Source: Ranitomeya imitator (taxonomy: Eukaryota). Taken from it: DNA of 64,000 bases. The stretch is from NCBI RefSeq assembly GCF_032444005.1, contig NC_091282.1, positions 768,056,001 through 768,120,000 of the forward strand. Direction: 5' to 3'. Made by a program: the position numbers and the translations under genes. Shown in pieces: positions 50,135 to 62,200 of the stretch (the stretch's first letter is position 1; every line of letters starts with the position of its first letter). The notes under the pieces are model-generated. The model had not been told where the DNA came from and ran no database searches. It saw nothing but the letters and a program-made list of their open reading frames with translations.

Positions 50135-50271
50135 TTATTATTTATTTATATAGCGCCATTAATTCCATGGTGCTGTACATGAGAAAAGGGGTTACAGATA
50201 ACGTTTTCAGTAAACAAATTTACAATAACAGACTGGTGCAGAGGGGAGAGGACCCTGTCCTTGCGGACTTA
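50135..50271 (-). mobile_element. Short L2 3'-end fragment
   Basis: ttattatttatttatatagcgcca..gaggaccctg matches the L2 tail at 11074-11220. It continues after the MITE (ttacattcta). Confidence 0.7.
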
Positions 50272-50975
50272 AGGTACCTTCACACTAAACGGTATCGCTA
50301 GCGATCCGTGACGTTGCAGCGTCCTGGCTAGCGATATCGTTCAGTTTGACAGGCAGCAGCGATCAGAATCCTGCTGTGATGTCGTTGGTCGGAGCTAGAA
50401 GGCCAGAACTTTATTTCGTCACTGGATCTCCCGCTGACATCGCTGAATCGGCGTGTGTGACACCGATTCAGCGATGTCTTCGCTGGTAACCAGGGTAAAC
50501 ATCGGGTTACTAAGCGCAGGGCCGCGCTTAGTAACCCAATGTTTACCCTGGTTACCATCCTAAAAGTAAAAAAAACAAACACTTCATACTTACCTTCCGC
50601 TGTCTGTCCTCCGGCGCTGTTCTTTCCTGCACTCACTGTGAGCACAGCGGCCGGAAAGCAGAGCGGTGACGTCACCGCTCTGCTTTCCGGCCGCTGTGCT
50701 CACAGCCAGTACAGAGAAGCACAGCGCCGGGGACAGACAGCGGAAGGTAAGTATGAAGCGTTTGTTTTTTTTACTTTTAGGATGGTAACCAGGGTAAACA
50801 TCGGGTTACTAAGCGCGGCCCTGCGCTTAGTAACCCGATGTTTACCCTGGTTACCGGCATCGTTGGTCGCTGGAGAGCGGTCTGTGTGACAGCTCTCCAG
50901 CGACCAAACAGCGACGCTGCAGCGATCCGGATCGTTGTCTGGATCGCTGCAGCGTCGTTTAGTGTGAAGGTACCT
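50272..50975. mobile_element. PIF/Harbinger-type palindromic MITE, copy 3
   Basis: AGGTACCTTCACACT TIRs, TTA TSD (50269-50271, 50976-50978), perfect 70-bp central palindrome. Confidence 0.9.
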
Positions 50976-50999
50976 TTACATTCTACCTCATTCCTCATG

Positions 51000-51720
51000 C
51001 GGTATAAGTGATTAGGCAACTTTACTCTTTGGTTCAGTGATATCAGATTTATATTGTTTTTTTGTTTGGCTGCTGTCACACACAATGCTTTTTATTGCGC
51101 ATCACCATATCATGTGAGGGCATGTTTTTTGCGAGACGAGTTGACATTTTTATTAGTTCCAGTATCAGACACATGATACTCTTTGATCGCTTTCTATTCT
51201 GATTTTTGGGAGGAAGAATGAACAAAAATCAGCAATTCAGGATTCTTTTTTGTTATGTCGCTCCGCATGTGGTAAAATTGATGAGACAGTTTGAGTACAG
51301 CGATATCACAGTTTTATCTTTTTTATGTTTTGGCCCTTTCACACAAAACAATTTATAGAAATAAGCTTACAAATTATTACCATCTTTTCAGTTAGCCATT
51401 AAAAGGTATCAACCACTGAGGACTCTCAATTCTAAATATTATTCTATCTACTGGCTAAAACGGTACCAAGATATATATGTTCCTGTTGAAAAAATTATTA
51501 TTTTTGCATTCCTTCATTCTGAGAGCTATAACCTTTTTATTTTTCCAGTGATGGATCTGTATGATGGCTCCTTTTTTGCAGGCAAGATGACGTTTTCAGC
51601 GGTACCATGTTTATTTATATTTATTTTTTTTATCGCTTTTTTTTCCACTTTTTGTTCAACGGTATGATGACAAAGCATTGTTTTTTTGTCTTGTTTCAGA
51701 GCGATCTCTCCATAAGTCCC
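51000..51720. mobile_element. Degenerate piggyBac-type internal repeat fragment
   Basis: Inverted homology to 6830-6960. Boundaries are approximate. Confidence 0.5.
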
Positions 51721-51749
51721 TATTATTTGGGCAGGACCACCATATGTGT

Positions 51750-54700
51750 ATATAGGATTCTTTATCTTTACCATATCTCCAACATTGGTCAGAGGTAGTT
51801 GGGATCCACTTGTGAGTCTAGAGAGGAGTTGTGTACCATTATGTGACTATTTTATATGAATTTTCTTTAACTCTTGACACAGTGAAAGGGTCGATGAGAA
51901 AACTTGTAGATGTGTTTTGTCTTAGTTTCCGTTTTTTCTCCCGTTTAGAAATGAAGGCTCTTTTTAGCGGCGTGTCTCTTGTGAGCAGCAGATTATTATA
52001 AAGAAATGAGAGAATTTTTAGGGGGGACACGTTTGTGAACGGAAAAAATTGTATGAAGTGATCGCCCTGAATGGGTCAGCATGAGACACTTCATTTTTAG
52101 AGATTCGTAGTGAAGAAAAGTGTGGTTGGACAGTGTGGGCAGTGCCCTCATTTCCTGGTAGGTTATAAAAGTCCCATCTTGTAATATGTGGTCTGTTAGA
52201 GGGGATGTGTCCGGCCTACCATGATTATTGTATTTATTAGGCGCCTCCAAATTTTGTTCCATCAGATCCGAAACCCAAGTTAGAGGGGAATGGGGGGAGG
52301 AAAGGATGTCTATTACTGACTTCCAGCATTTGATAATGGCTCTGGTCAATAGGTTACGGAATGTTCTTTCTTTTGGAAAGTGATGTGGAGCAAATAATAC
52401 TGCACGAAGTGGAATGGGGGACGTGTTCTTCTAGGGAGAGCCAGGACTTAACCTCTGGTCTTCTAACCCAGTCAACAGTTCTAGTAAGTAGTATGGCTAT
52501 GTGAGTTGAGCCGCAATTTGCGTGTATTCCAAATGTAATTAAAAAAGGAGTTGACCTTAGATAGGTAAGTCTTTGGAATTGGGATGTGAAGCATATGGAA
52601 TAAGTAAATAAACTTAGGTAGGAGTATACTTTGTATCAAGTTTTTCTTGGCCATCAAAGAGAGGTAAAGGGCTTTTCATAATTTGGTGTGCTCTGCTACA
52701 TCAAGAAGAAAGGGCTTGTAATTGAGGCTAAAGAGATCTCTGGGGAACTTTAATATCTAAATATGAACTATGGCTGGGGGGCCATCTAAATGGCAATTTA
52801 ATTTTATAAAGGTCGATGGATTGTTTGGGGATGTTTATACCCAGGGCCTCTGATTTGGATGACTTTATTTTGAAATTAGATGGGGAACCATACCTCTCTA
52901 GAATCTGCATGAGAGTGGGAATTCCCCTGTCTAGCAGAGTCATTATGACTAGTAAGTTATTCACAAAGGTTGCAGCTTTATGATGTGTCCCCTGTATATT
53001 TACACCCACTATGTCATGGCACTGCCTAATGGATTGTATTTGAGGCTTGATTGCCAACACAAACAGAAGGGAGGATAGCGGGCAGTCCTGCCTTGTTCCT
53101 TTATGAATATCAAATGTTTTGGTAAGAGAGTTGTTGAGTCTAATTTTACCTGTGGGTTTAGTGTATATTTGAAGTATCACTTTAATAATATCAGAAGGAG
53201 ATTGAAAGCATCTGAGCATCCCTTGTAGGAAGGTCCAGTCCACCCTATCAAAAGCTTTCTTCACATCGGTGCCAAGAAGCACCGCCGGAATTTTATGCAA
53301 GTTCGAGTATTGCATTAAATGTAAAATACTTAAGGCGTTGTCTTTGCCCTCTTTCCCTTTTATAAAGCCTGTCTGGTGATATAAGGAGAGGTAGATAGTT
53401 CGCAATGCGATTTGCTATCATGCTGGCATATACTTTAAATCCACATTTCAAAGGAATATTGCTCTATAATTGCTGCAGCATTCCGGATCTATACCCTTCT
53501 TATGGATGAGGGAGATAATGGCTTCTAGGGTTTGTGGAGGGAAAGTGCTACCTTGGAGAATGGCATTGCACATATTGAGGAGATGAGTCTCCAGCATTTT
53601 GGAGAAAGCTTTGTACGTAATACATAATTGGTAGCCCATCTGGGCTTGTACCTTTCCCGCTGGTCTGTGTGCTAGGGTGGACTGGAGATCCCCCAAGTCA
53701 AATGGCGTTCAGAGGGCCGTCTGCTACTCTAATGACAGTTTGGGCAAATTGAGTTCTGTTAAGAATGATTGGATGTCCGACTGTTTCCTGGCCTTCTAAG
53801 AGTCCGAGTTGTGTGAGTTAAGTTGGTATAGATCAAGTAGAATTTAAAAAATTCAGAAGAGATCTGGTTGTGGCCCACAGTGCGGTGGCGTCGGGAGTCT
53901 TCAAAGTGTGTATGAATGTGCGCGCCTGCCTTTTTTAAATTCAGGACATCATCAGTTTGGAGGCCTTGCCACCGTGCAGAAACATCACTTTTTCCAATTA
54001 AGTTAAAGCTTAGCAGATTGTTTGTTAACTATGTCATTTAATTTTTGGCAGTAAGGGTCTCCAGCGTGTGATGGATCAGGGATTTTTTATGTTGTGATTC
54101 CAGTGTGGCTATGTTTTCATAAGGTTTTGAATGATATTTTTACGTTGTTTGTTAATGTGGGATGCTATAGAAATCAATTCTCTTCTGACGACCGCCTTGT
54201 GTGCTTCCCATATAATTGGCTAGCTAACTTAAGGCGTATCATTAGCATCAGAGTAATTGGTTAACGTAGTGGTGACATGTTCTCTATTATCAGCAAAGGC
54301 GAGAATCGATTAATTCAGTCTCCATGTGCAAAAAATTGAATATGTTTGAGGAATGAAAAGCTGGTAGATACTATCTAGTGATCTGGATCTGGGTGTTTCG
54401 GATAGCAGGGGCCTTGAGCTGAAAATATAGTCTATCCTGTGGTAGAAGTTGTGGGGGTGAGAATAAAAGGTGTAGTCTAGGTTATAGGGATGAGTGACAG
54501 AGAGTGCAGTGAGTTTTTGACCCGAGATAAGTCACATAGTTATATATAGCTCCTTTTGGACGTGGAATCCAACAAGGGATCCAATGAGACGTTGAAGTCC
54601 CCTCCCAATCTATTTAGTGAAGTTGATTTGTTTCTTATTAGCGGTGAATAAATTGCCCAGTGTTACCATGGACCCCGCCAAAAGGCCTTTTACAAATATC

Positions 54701-55900
54701 TAGCGTCCATCCGGATCGACAAGAGATTCATAGCGTAGGAAGGGGGTATCTTTAGCGAATGAAATTGATACCCCCTAGAGCATTTCTGAGGAGATGTAAC
54801 ATGGTACAACTGGTTATAGTAGGCTTTTTCAAAGGAGGGAAGTTACCGTAGTTGGCTTGGAAGTGGGTTAGCAATAGAATAGAAGTATGTCAAAACCTTC
54901 TTTCCAGAATTGGGCTAGCATCGGAGATCTCGGAATGGGGTAGTTAAGACTGTGAGCATTGAAGTTAGCTTAGTTGAATCATTTTAGTTTAGTTGCCATG
55001 ACTAATGGAATGGTGTGGAGATTGTCTGTTGACTATTCCACCCTCCATCAAAGGCCCTACAAGAAAATGAAACCTAAAGAGAAATGGTAGATCTCTACAG
55101 GGCAAATCATTTCCAATAAGACAAGGTTTCAGAATAAAGACAAGTCAGGCTCTTAAAGCAGATCAGACACTTGGCTCAACTGGGGTCGCTTTCCTGATTA
55201 GCAGTAGGCTGCTTTGGCATCTTGCTTTTAGAGTGCGGGGATCTGGGAGCAGGCCCGTTGCTCCACGGTGCCAATTGAGATAGGCGATTCAAAGAAGACG
55301 TCGCGTGGGAAGCTTCCAGATCCGGGTACTTCTCTAGAGTAATCCCCAGGTCCTTGCAATTTTCTTGAATTTCATCCAATGTTCTGGCTTGATGTGTTAG
55401 TCCTTGGTAGAAATTACTATACCAAAGGGGCAGAGCCAGCAGTATTGATACTTTATCTGGTGTAGAGCTGTCCTACAGGGTCTCAACAAACGCCTTTTGA
55501 TGAAGGTGGATTGCGGCAACCGGTGCAAAAAGGATGGATGGGAGAGCTCTTTTAGTGCAGGATGCAAGAGAGTAGCACTTTTGGGTCAAGTGCTTCCTCA
55601 CGCACGTCTGATGTTAACGGCAGCCATCTTGAAAGCCTCCTTTAATGTGGCTGATAAATCGCCTCCTCATGTAGGGTGGTTTCTCTCAATTTAGTACATG
55701 TTGTGACAGGGTTAAGAGATTTGCTCTCGGGATCTCCATTGTCACACCATGGCACAGTTCAGACCACACAGGTTTGGCACAACTGGCAACAACCATTTTT
55801 ACAGGTCCCATACAACAGCAAAAAAAACACATGGCACAAAATAAATCCTGGGCCGGCTGACCACTAGCTAAACAGTCAACGTCCTGACTAGTCCGAGCTG
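51750..55900 (-). mobile_element. Old, heavily mutated near-full-length L1-clade LINE
   Basis: RT remnants KAFDRVDW and KGTRQDCPLSSLLF (52728 ORF), LIHKKGIDP..NYRAI (53448 ORF), and an ORF1-like C-terminus (55176 ORF). Boundaries are approximate. Confidence 0.75.
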
Positions 55901-56479
55901 GGCTTAGCTAAGCCTCTGGCCACATTCCTCACCAATAACTGGAGCTGCTTAATGGAGCAGAGAAATACACATATCCTGCTCTTAAGCTGCATGCCCACCT
56001 GGTGTATTTACAGCGACAGGAACCTGGTGGCAATAAGTACACCAATAACCACTGGTCCAGTTACTACAGGCACTCCCTCGTGTAGTGAGGCCACCCTCTC
56101 CCTCAGGTATAGTACACGTACACTCTCCATCTGGTAGCATGGCCACGCTATCCCTCATGAACTATATGCCCGCTTTCCTCACATGGAATGGACACCCTCT
56201 CCATCTTTCTAGGATGTGCTTGCTCTCCCCATCAAGGGGATCTAGGATATGTAAGATGAGCAAACCCAGACTACGGGCAAACACTGCAGCCACCAGTCAT
56301 CCCCCAATCTCCAAGTAATGCTGCAGTGAAGGGATGAGGGCTGGTCAAGTTCTGAACCTGGACATTCACATCAGAGAAACGCCTGCCAAATCTGCTGGTA
56401 TAGTCTCCGATTACCTCCGTCAGCTAATGATGGGAAACTGGGTTAGCTAAAATTAGATTTCAATCCTTTATGGAGATAA

Positions 56480-57200
56480 GCTGCACAAGAGTCTAGATAA
56501 CGTTGAGGTCCAAGAGGAATAGGACATGGGAAGGAAAAGGACAGGGGAGCCTGAAGGGGAGGACAATCAAGAAGCCTGGATAAGGACAAAGAAATCTGTA
56601 GGAAGACAGAGAGGTCAGGAGGAGCAAGAGGAGAGTGGGGTCTGGTGGATGTTGAAGAAGACAAGAGTCTAGAGGAGGAAGGGGACAGAAGGGTCTGGAG
56701 GAGGGCAAAGGGGCTTGAAGGAGGTGGAAGAGGACAGGGGTCTGGAGCAGGTAGAGATAAGGAGGGTCTGGAGGAGAAGACGTAGGGCAGAGGAGTCTGG
56801 AGTGGGTAAAGGAAAAACGGATATGGAGCAGGTGTAGCAAAGGAGGGGTTTGGAGAAGGAGGAAGAGGAAAAAGGAGTATGAAAGAGGACAGGGATCTGG
56901 AGGCGGACGATAATGATACAGGGTTCTGGAGAAGGAAAATTATACAGGGGTCTGGAGGAGGACAGGACAGATGTCTGAAGGATGACAGGGGGTCTGGGGG
57001 AGGATGAAGAAGACATGGGTTTATAGGAGGAAGAGGACAAGGGTATGGAGCATGTAGAAGAAAGGGGAGGGGTCGGGAGGAAGCAGAGAAAACGGGAACA
57101 GGGCAGAGGCATCTGGAGGAGGAGGATAATGATGCAGAGGTCTGAAGGATGACCAAGGTGGTCTGGAGTTGGCAGAGGAGGTCTGGAAGAGGACAGAGGG
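56480..57200. repeat. Degenerate purine-rich low-complexity repeat (gaggaggacaggggtctgga-like)
   Basis: Recurrent ggggtctggag motif every ~25-35 bp. Confidence 0.7.
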
Positions 57201-57260
57201 GTCTACAGGAGGAGTCTGCATTTTGGTCAGATTATGTGGTTTGCTCTTCCCACCATTCAG

Positions 57261-57405
57261 GCAGTTGGGTGATGTTGGAAGATCAGTCTTTACAGAGAAT
57301 GTGCGTCTGAGGGAAGCCATTTCTTATCATATGAAAGAATCCCATGAGCTCCAGAAGACGCTGCTACAGCTGCAAGAGGAGAAGAAGCAGCTGCGGCTGG
57401 ACAAG
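57261..57405 (+). CDS. bbof1: BBOF1-like exon 7 (QLGDVGRSVFTENVRLREAISYHMKE..QLRLDK)
   Basis: Acceptor cccaccattcag, donor AAG|GTCAGG, phase 2-0. Resembles QLNDAGRNVFKEN..ALAYHLKE. Confidence 0.9.
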
Positions 57406-57782
57406 GTCAGGACGGCTCTTTTTCTGTATTAGCCGTGAGATGTATTCTCGTCTGCATTATCGAGGCGATGGGTGTTTTAGATCTTATATGTCCCCCTCCC
57501 CACCGGGACGCCATGTCACGTGCCAGTTAGGTGACTATTACATTTACAACGCACCTAAACATTACCGCTGATGAAGTAACCCTCATCATGGATGTGGTAT
57601 TGCTTATCTTCAGTGCATCTTTGGCAGGGTAAGGTCTGTATTCATGCCTGAGTTGAGTCTTTTCTACTAGCTGTAGGGTAACTACTCCCCATACATGGCT
57701 GTGGCTGGGTTGCTGTCATTTATTTGGCTGGTAGAGCTACAGGCTATTTACACACAATTCAAATCTGTTTTTTCTTGTACAG

Positions 57783-58276
57783 AATACCAATCAGCAGCTT
57801 CTTGAGGAAAAGATCCATGAAATGTCAGAGAGGAACAGCCAGATCCAATCATATCAGCTTAGGATCAGGACCTTGGAGCTTGCATTGGAGAGCAATCAGC
57901 AGAAGGAGCCAACCCTGCCCAGGACACAGAAAGCACTCCAGCCGAAGACGGATCTAGCAGGAAACATGGACATGCTAATGCTGCACCAAACTCTAGAGCT
58001 GAAAGACCGAGAGATAAAGCGTGTGAAGAAGCTGGCCCACAACATCCTGCAGGAGAGGACGCAGGTGGAGCAGTTCTTCCTGGAAGCGATGGAGCATGTG
58101 AGGCAGGAAATCAAGTCAAGCAGGAACTATTATCAGAAGGTGGCACAAGTGGCATATCACAGCCAAATGAGGAAAGCAGCGACAGGGGCTGAGCAGTATC
58201 CCAAGGTCCGCACCTTTCACAACAAAAAGCACAGCAGCAATGATGTGAGCCATGATCTGATGGCAGCAGATAACTG
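57783..58276 (+). CDS. bbof1: BBOF1-like exon 8 (..LKDREIKRVKKLAHNILQERTQVEQFFLEA..YPKVRTF..DLMAADNW)
   Basis: Acceptor ttttcttgtacag, donor TG|GTAATG, phase 0-2. Matches the BBOF1 DUF4515-downstream motif MKDREMNRVKKLAKNILDERTEVERFFL. Confidence 0.93.
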
Positions 58277-59215
58277 GTAATGTACTGACATGGAGATGAG
58301 AACTGCATCCCTACACCCAGATCACTTTTCCCCCGATCATTTCATCAGTATGGTGCTACTATACAGTCAGAATTCAACCCTGGGTACCTGAGGCATCCTT
58401 ACCAAGTCTATATCCGTCAGAACCTTCACTTGCAGTCAGCACCTGCCCTCTATTTTCTAGTCTATCCTGCCCACCTTACACAGCCACATATGCTAGCCTT
58501 TACTCCATACTAGCCTGGTCTTCATTTGTGTCATCCTTGTCTGTTGCGTCTCAGCACTTGGGGAATCTGTGCAATCATAGCCTGCACCCTCTCAAGATCT
58601 AGGCCTCACTGCTACACTGGCCTGCACTCTCTTGGCACTTAGGGTATTTGTGCCTTCCTGGCCCACTCGGCACCTGGGGTGTTCATTCCACCAAAGTCCA
58701 CTCCTTCTCAGCACCTATGACAACTATGCCATTCTGCCCTGCTCAATCTCAGCATCTATGATGACTTTGCCATCCTGATCTGCTAGGATTTCGACGTCAC
58801 CCTGGTTTACTCCTCAACACCTAGGACATCTACGTCACCATAATTTACTCCTCAACACCTAGGATGTCTCTCTCACCCTGGTTTACGGCTCCTCGAGACT
58901 TAGGACGTCTGTCTCACCCTGGTTTACTGCTGCTCGACACCTAGGACGTATGTGCCACCCTGATGAGCACCCAGGGCACATCCGCCATTAGAAAACACAT
59001 GCGTCTTTAAGACTAATTTTACTAAGCATACAGGCAATAATGACCCCTAGAACATGCTGGAGTGTGCCAGTGTCTATGGCACACCACTTAGTGATACTTC
59101 TTTGGTGCACACACTGATATCCTAGCTTTTAAAGACATGGTATAGATCAAGTAAACCCTCCACACTCCTTTACGGCTTTATCCCAATCTGATCATGAACT
59201 TGGGGTGTTTTATAG

Positions 59216-59320
59216 GTCACACTTTCAGAATGGAAGAGTGGATTTTACAGATCTGACATGGGAGCAAAAGGAGAAAGTTCTTAGACTGCTGTTTGCCAAG
59301 ATGAATGGCTCGGTCATTGG
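59216..59320 (+). CDS. bbof1: BBOF1-like exon 9 (SHFQNGRVDFTDLTWEQKEKVLRLLFAKMNG)
   Basis: Acceptor tttatag, donor GG|GTAAGG, phase 2-2. Contains the signature DLTWEQKEKVLRLLFAKMNG. Confidence 0.95.
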
Positions 59321-59515
59321 GTAAGGGTTTCTGTGTGACTGTCCCTTCACTACAGTGATAAAAAAACTATTTCAGGTCCTGGTAGATCAGGTGGTAGAAT
59401 ATTAAAACAATTCTTAAGTAATCTCAATGCATGTTCACACATTGCAGACGTGCTGTGGATTTTCCCAAATGTATCCATGTATTTGTTCCTTAAGCACCTT
59501 CAATAACTTGCTGAA

Positions 59516-59794
59516 TAGTGATGAATGAACGTGCTTGGATAAGATGTTATCCGAGCGCACTCAAGAGCTGATAGAGTATCTTCTGCGTGCTGGAATACTA
59601 TGTTTGAATCACCGCGGCTGCATGTCTCCCTACTAAAAAAACAGGCAATCCCTGCATGTGTTGTGACTGTCGAACAACCGCGAAACATGCAGCCGTGGCA
59701 ACTCAAACATATTGTTCAAGCATGCCGAAGAAACTCGGTAAGCACCTGAGTGTGCATGGATAACACCTTATCGGAACACATTTGCTCAACACTA
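59516..59794. mobile_element. Older hAT (Ac-like) MITE
   Basis: TAGTGATG..CAACACTA ends, with 6/8-matching flanks ttgctgaa / ttgttgga. Confidence 0.6.
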
Positions 59795-59984
59795 TTGTTG
59801 GACATATCTACTTGAAAACAGAGCTGCAGGATGGAATTCATAGCAGATCCAAAACCAGAGCAAAGTGCATATTTTACTGCAGATTCCCGGTGGAAAAATC
59901 TGTCATGTTTGAATATACTTACGGTATATATGGCACCCATGGGTCAGATGTAAAACATGCAACAACAAAAAAATAAAACACCAA

Positions 59985-61560
59985 TCAGCCTTATTCCTCC
60001 ACCTATAATTTACCGCCCGTCTGCCTCATCCCTCTGACTATAATCTACCTCCCATTGGCCTCATCCCACCGCCTGTAATCCACTGCTCATCGGCCTCATC
60101 CCTCCTACTGTAATCCACCGCTCCTCAGCCTCCTCCCGCCTGTAATCCACCGCCTGTCGGCCTCATCCCTCCGCCTGTAATCCACTGCCCGTCGGCCTCA
60201 TCCCTCTGCCTGTAATCCACCGCCTGTCGGCCTCATCCCTCTGCCTGTAATCCACCGCCTGTCGGCCTCATCCCTCCGCCTGTAATCCACCGCCCGTCAG
60301 CCTCAACCCTCTGCCTGTAATCCGCCGCCCGTCGGTCTCAACCCTCTGCCTGTAATCCACTACCCGTCGGCCTCATCCCTCCGCCTGTAATCCACCGCCC
60401 GTCGGCCTCATCCCTCCGCCTGTAATCCACCGCCCGTCGGCCTCATCCCTCTGCCTGTAATCCACCGGCCGTCGGCCTCATCCCTCTGCCTGTAATCCAC
60501 CACCCATTGGCCTCATCCCTCCGCCTGTAATCTACCGCCCGTCGGCCTCAACCCTCTGCCTGTAATCCACCGCCTGTCGGCCTCATCCCTCCTCCTGTAA
60601 TCCCCCACCCGTCGGCCTCATCCCTCCGCCTGTAATCCACCGCCCTTCAGCCTCATCCCTCCGCCTGTAATCCCCCGCCCGTCGGCCTCATCCCTCCGCC
60701 TGTAATCCCCCACCCGTTGGCCTCATCCCTCCGCCTGTAATTCACCGCCCGTCGGCCTCATCCCTCCGCCTGTAATCCACCGCCCGTCGGCCTCATCCCT
60801 CCTCCTGTAATCCACTGCCCATCGGCCTCATCCCTCCACCTTTAATTCACCACCCGTCAGCCTCATCTTTCCACCTATAAGAGATGAACAATAGCAGTTT
60901 TTTCATTATTTTAGAGCTTTAGCAGTAGTTAAAGAAAAAAATTAATTGGCTTGATCTTTTTTGGAGAGTTGGCCGGCTCTAATTCTGAGACACAATCCCC
61001 CGCCCGTTGGCCTCATCCCTCCGCCTGTAATCCCCCACCCGTCGGCCTCATCCCTCCGCCTGTAATCCACCGCCCGTCGGCCTCATCCCTCCGCCTGTAA
61101 TCCACCGCCCGTCGGCCTCATCCCTCCGCCTGTAATCCACCACCCGTCGGCCTCATCCCTCCGCCTGTAATCCACCGCCCGTCAGCCTCATCCCTCCGCC
61201 TGTAATCCCCCACCCGTCAGCCTCATCCATCACCCGTCGGCCTCATCCCTCCGCCTGTAATCCACCGCCCGTCGGCCTCATCCCTCCGCCTGTAATCCAC
61301 CGCCCGTCGGCCTCATCCCTCCGCCTGTAATCCACCGCCCGTCGGCCTCATCCCTCCGCCTGTAATCCCCCGCCCGTCGGCCTCATCCCTCCGCCTGTAA
61401 TCCCCGGCCCGTCGGCCTCATCCCTCCGCCTGTTAACCACCGCCCGTCGGCCTCATCCCTCCGCCTGTAATCCACCGCCCGTCAACCTCATCCCTCCGCC
61501 TGTAATCCACCGCCCATCGGCCTCATCCCTCCACCTTTAATTCACCACCCGTCAGCCTCA
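59985..61560. repeat. 35-bp C-rich minisatellite (gcctgtaatccaccgcccgtcggcctcatccctcc)n with a duplicated unique spacer
   Basis: Direct reading. The unique block ~60820-60995 is repeated at ~61515-61686. Confidence 0.93.
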
Positions 61561-61877
61561 TCTTTCCACCTATAAGAGATGAACAATAGCAGTTTTTTCA
61601 TTATTTTAGAGCTTTAGCAGTAAAGAAAAAAATTAATTGGCTTGATCTTTTTTGGAGAGTTGGCCGGTTCTAATTCTGAGACACAAACATGTGACATGTT
61701 TGTGGATATGGCCCCTGATGGTAAATGTCAGGTAAAAGCCGTATCAGACTTTTTAATTCACTAATTATAGTGGTTCCAAGATGTTTGCTCTGTGACTTTT
61801 CATCATCCTATGCTTCCTATATCTGGAAATAATACAGATTATATATACTATATATAATTTTTTTTTTACCATCACAG

Positions 61878-61946
61878 GAAAAGAAATCCAATACGGAGTG
61901 AAGAGACCCATCAAGATGACGTAATTACAAAGGCCCCGCTTGCAAG
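61878..61946 (+). CDS. bbof1: Probable BBOF1-like exon 10 (KRNPIRSEETHQDDVITKAPLA)
   Basis: Strong acceptor ttttttttaccatcacag, donor AAG|GTGAGA, open frame, phase 2-2 consistent with exon 9. Little recognisable homology. Confidence 0.65.
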
Positions 61947-61965
61947 GTGAGAGGATCAATAATCC

Positions 61966-62200
61966 CTACAGCCCGTTTCTAATAAATAAGTTGTAGCCTT
62001 TAAGTTTTGTATTCCAAACATGTGAATCATCCCACCAAGTTTCAGTGATGCCTATGACATCATATCTCTCTTCCAGCAGCTCCAATTCTCCTTTTTGTTT
62101 CCCATGATCTGTGTATTTGTGTAGATACATTTTGGTTTGTAGTCGGCTTCTCTTGCTCCTCAATTTTTACTGAGTTTGTTGCTTTTGTTCTTTCCACTTC
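61966..62200 (-). mobile_element. CR1 ORF2 endonuclease N-terminal fragment
   Basis: ELELL..YDVIGITETWWDDSH.WN..L.GYNLF. Confidence 0.75.

Noticed and set aside
55950-56440. Short ORFs and coding-looking sequence between the L1 and the purine-rich tract
   Set aside because: No recognisable motif or phase-compatible splice pair. It is probably a decayed retroelement fragment.
57572-58990. Isolated CTGATGA heptamers (also near 23850)
   Set aside because: None is followed by a stem II hairpin and GAAA, so they are not hammerheads.
14481-61560. Regularly spaced repeats that could be mistaken for CRISPR arrays
   Set aside because: All arrays are head-to-tail with no unique spacers, there are no cas genes, and the context is a spliced vertebrate gene.
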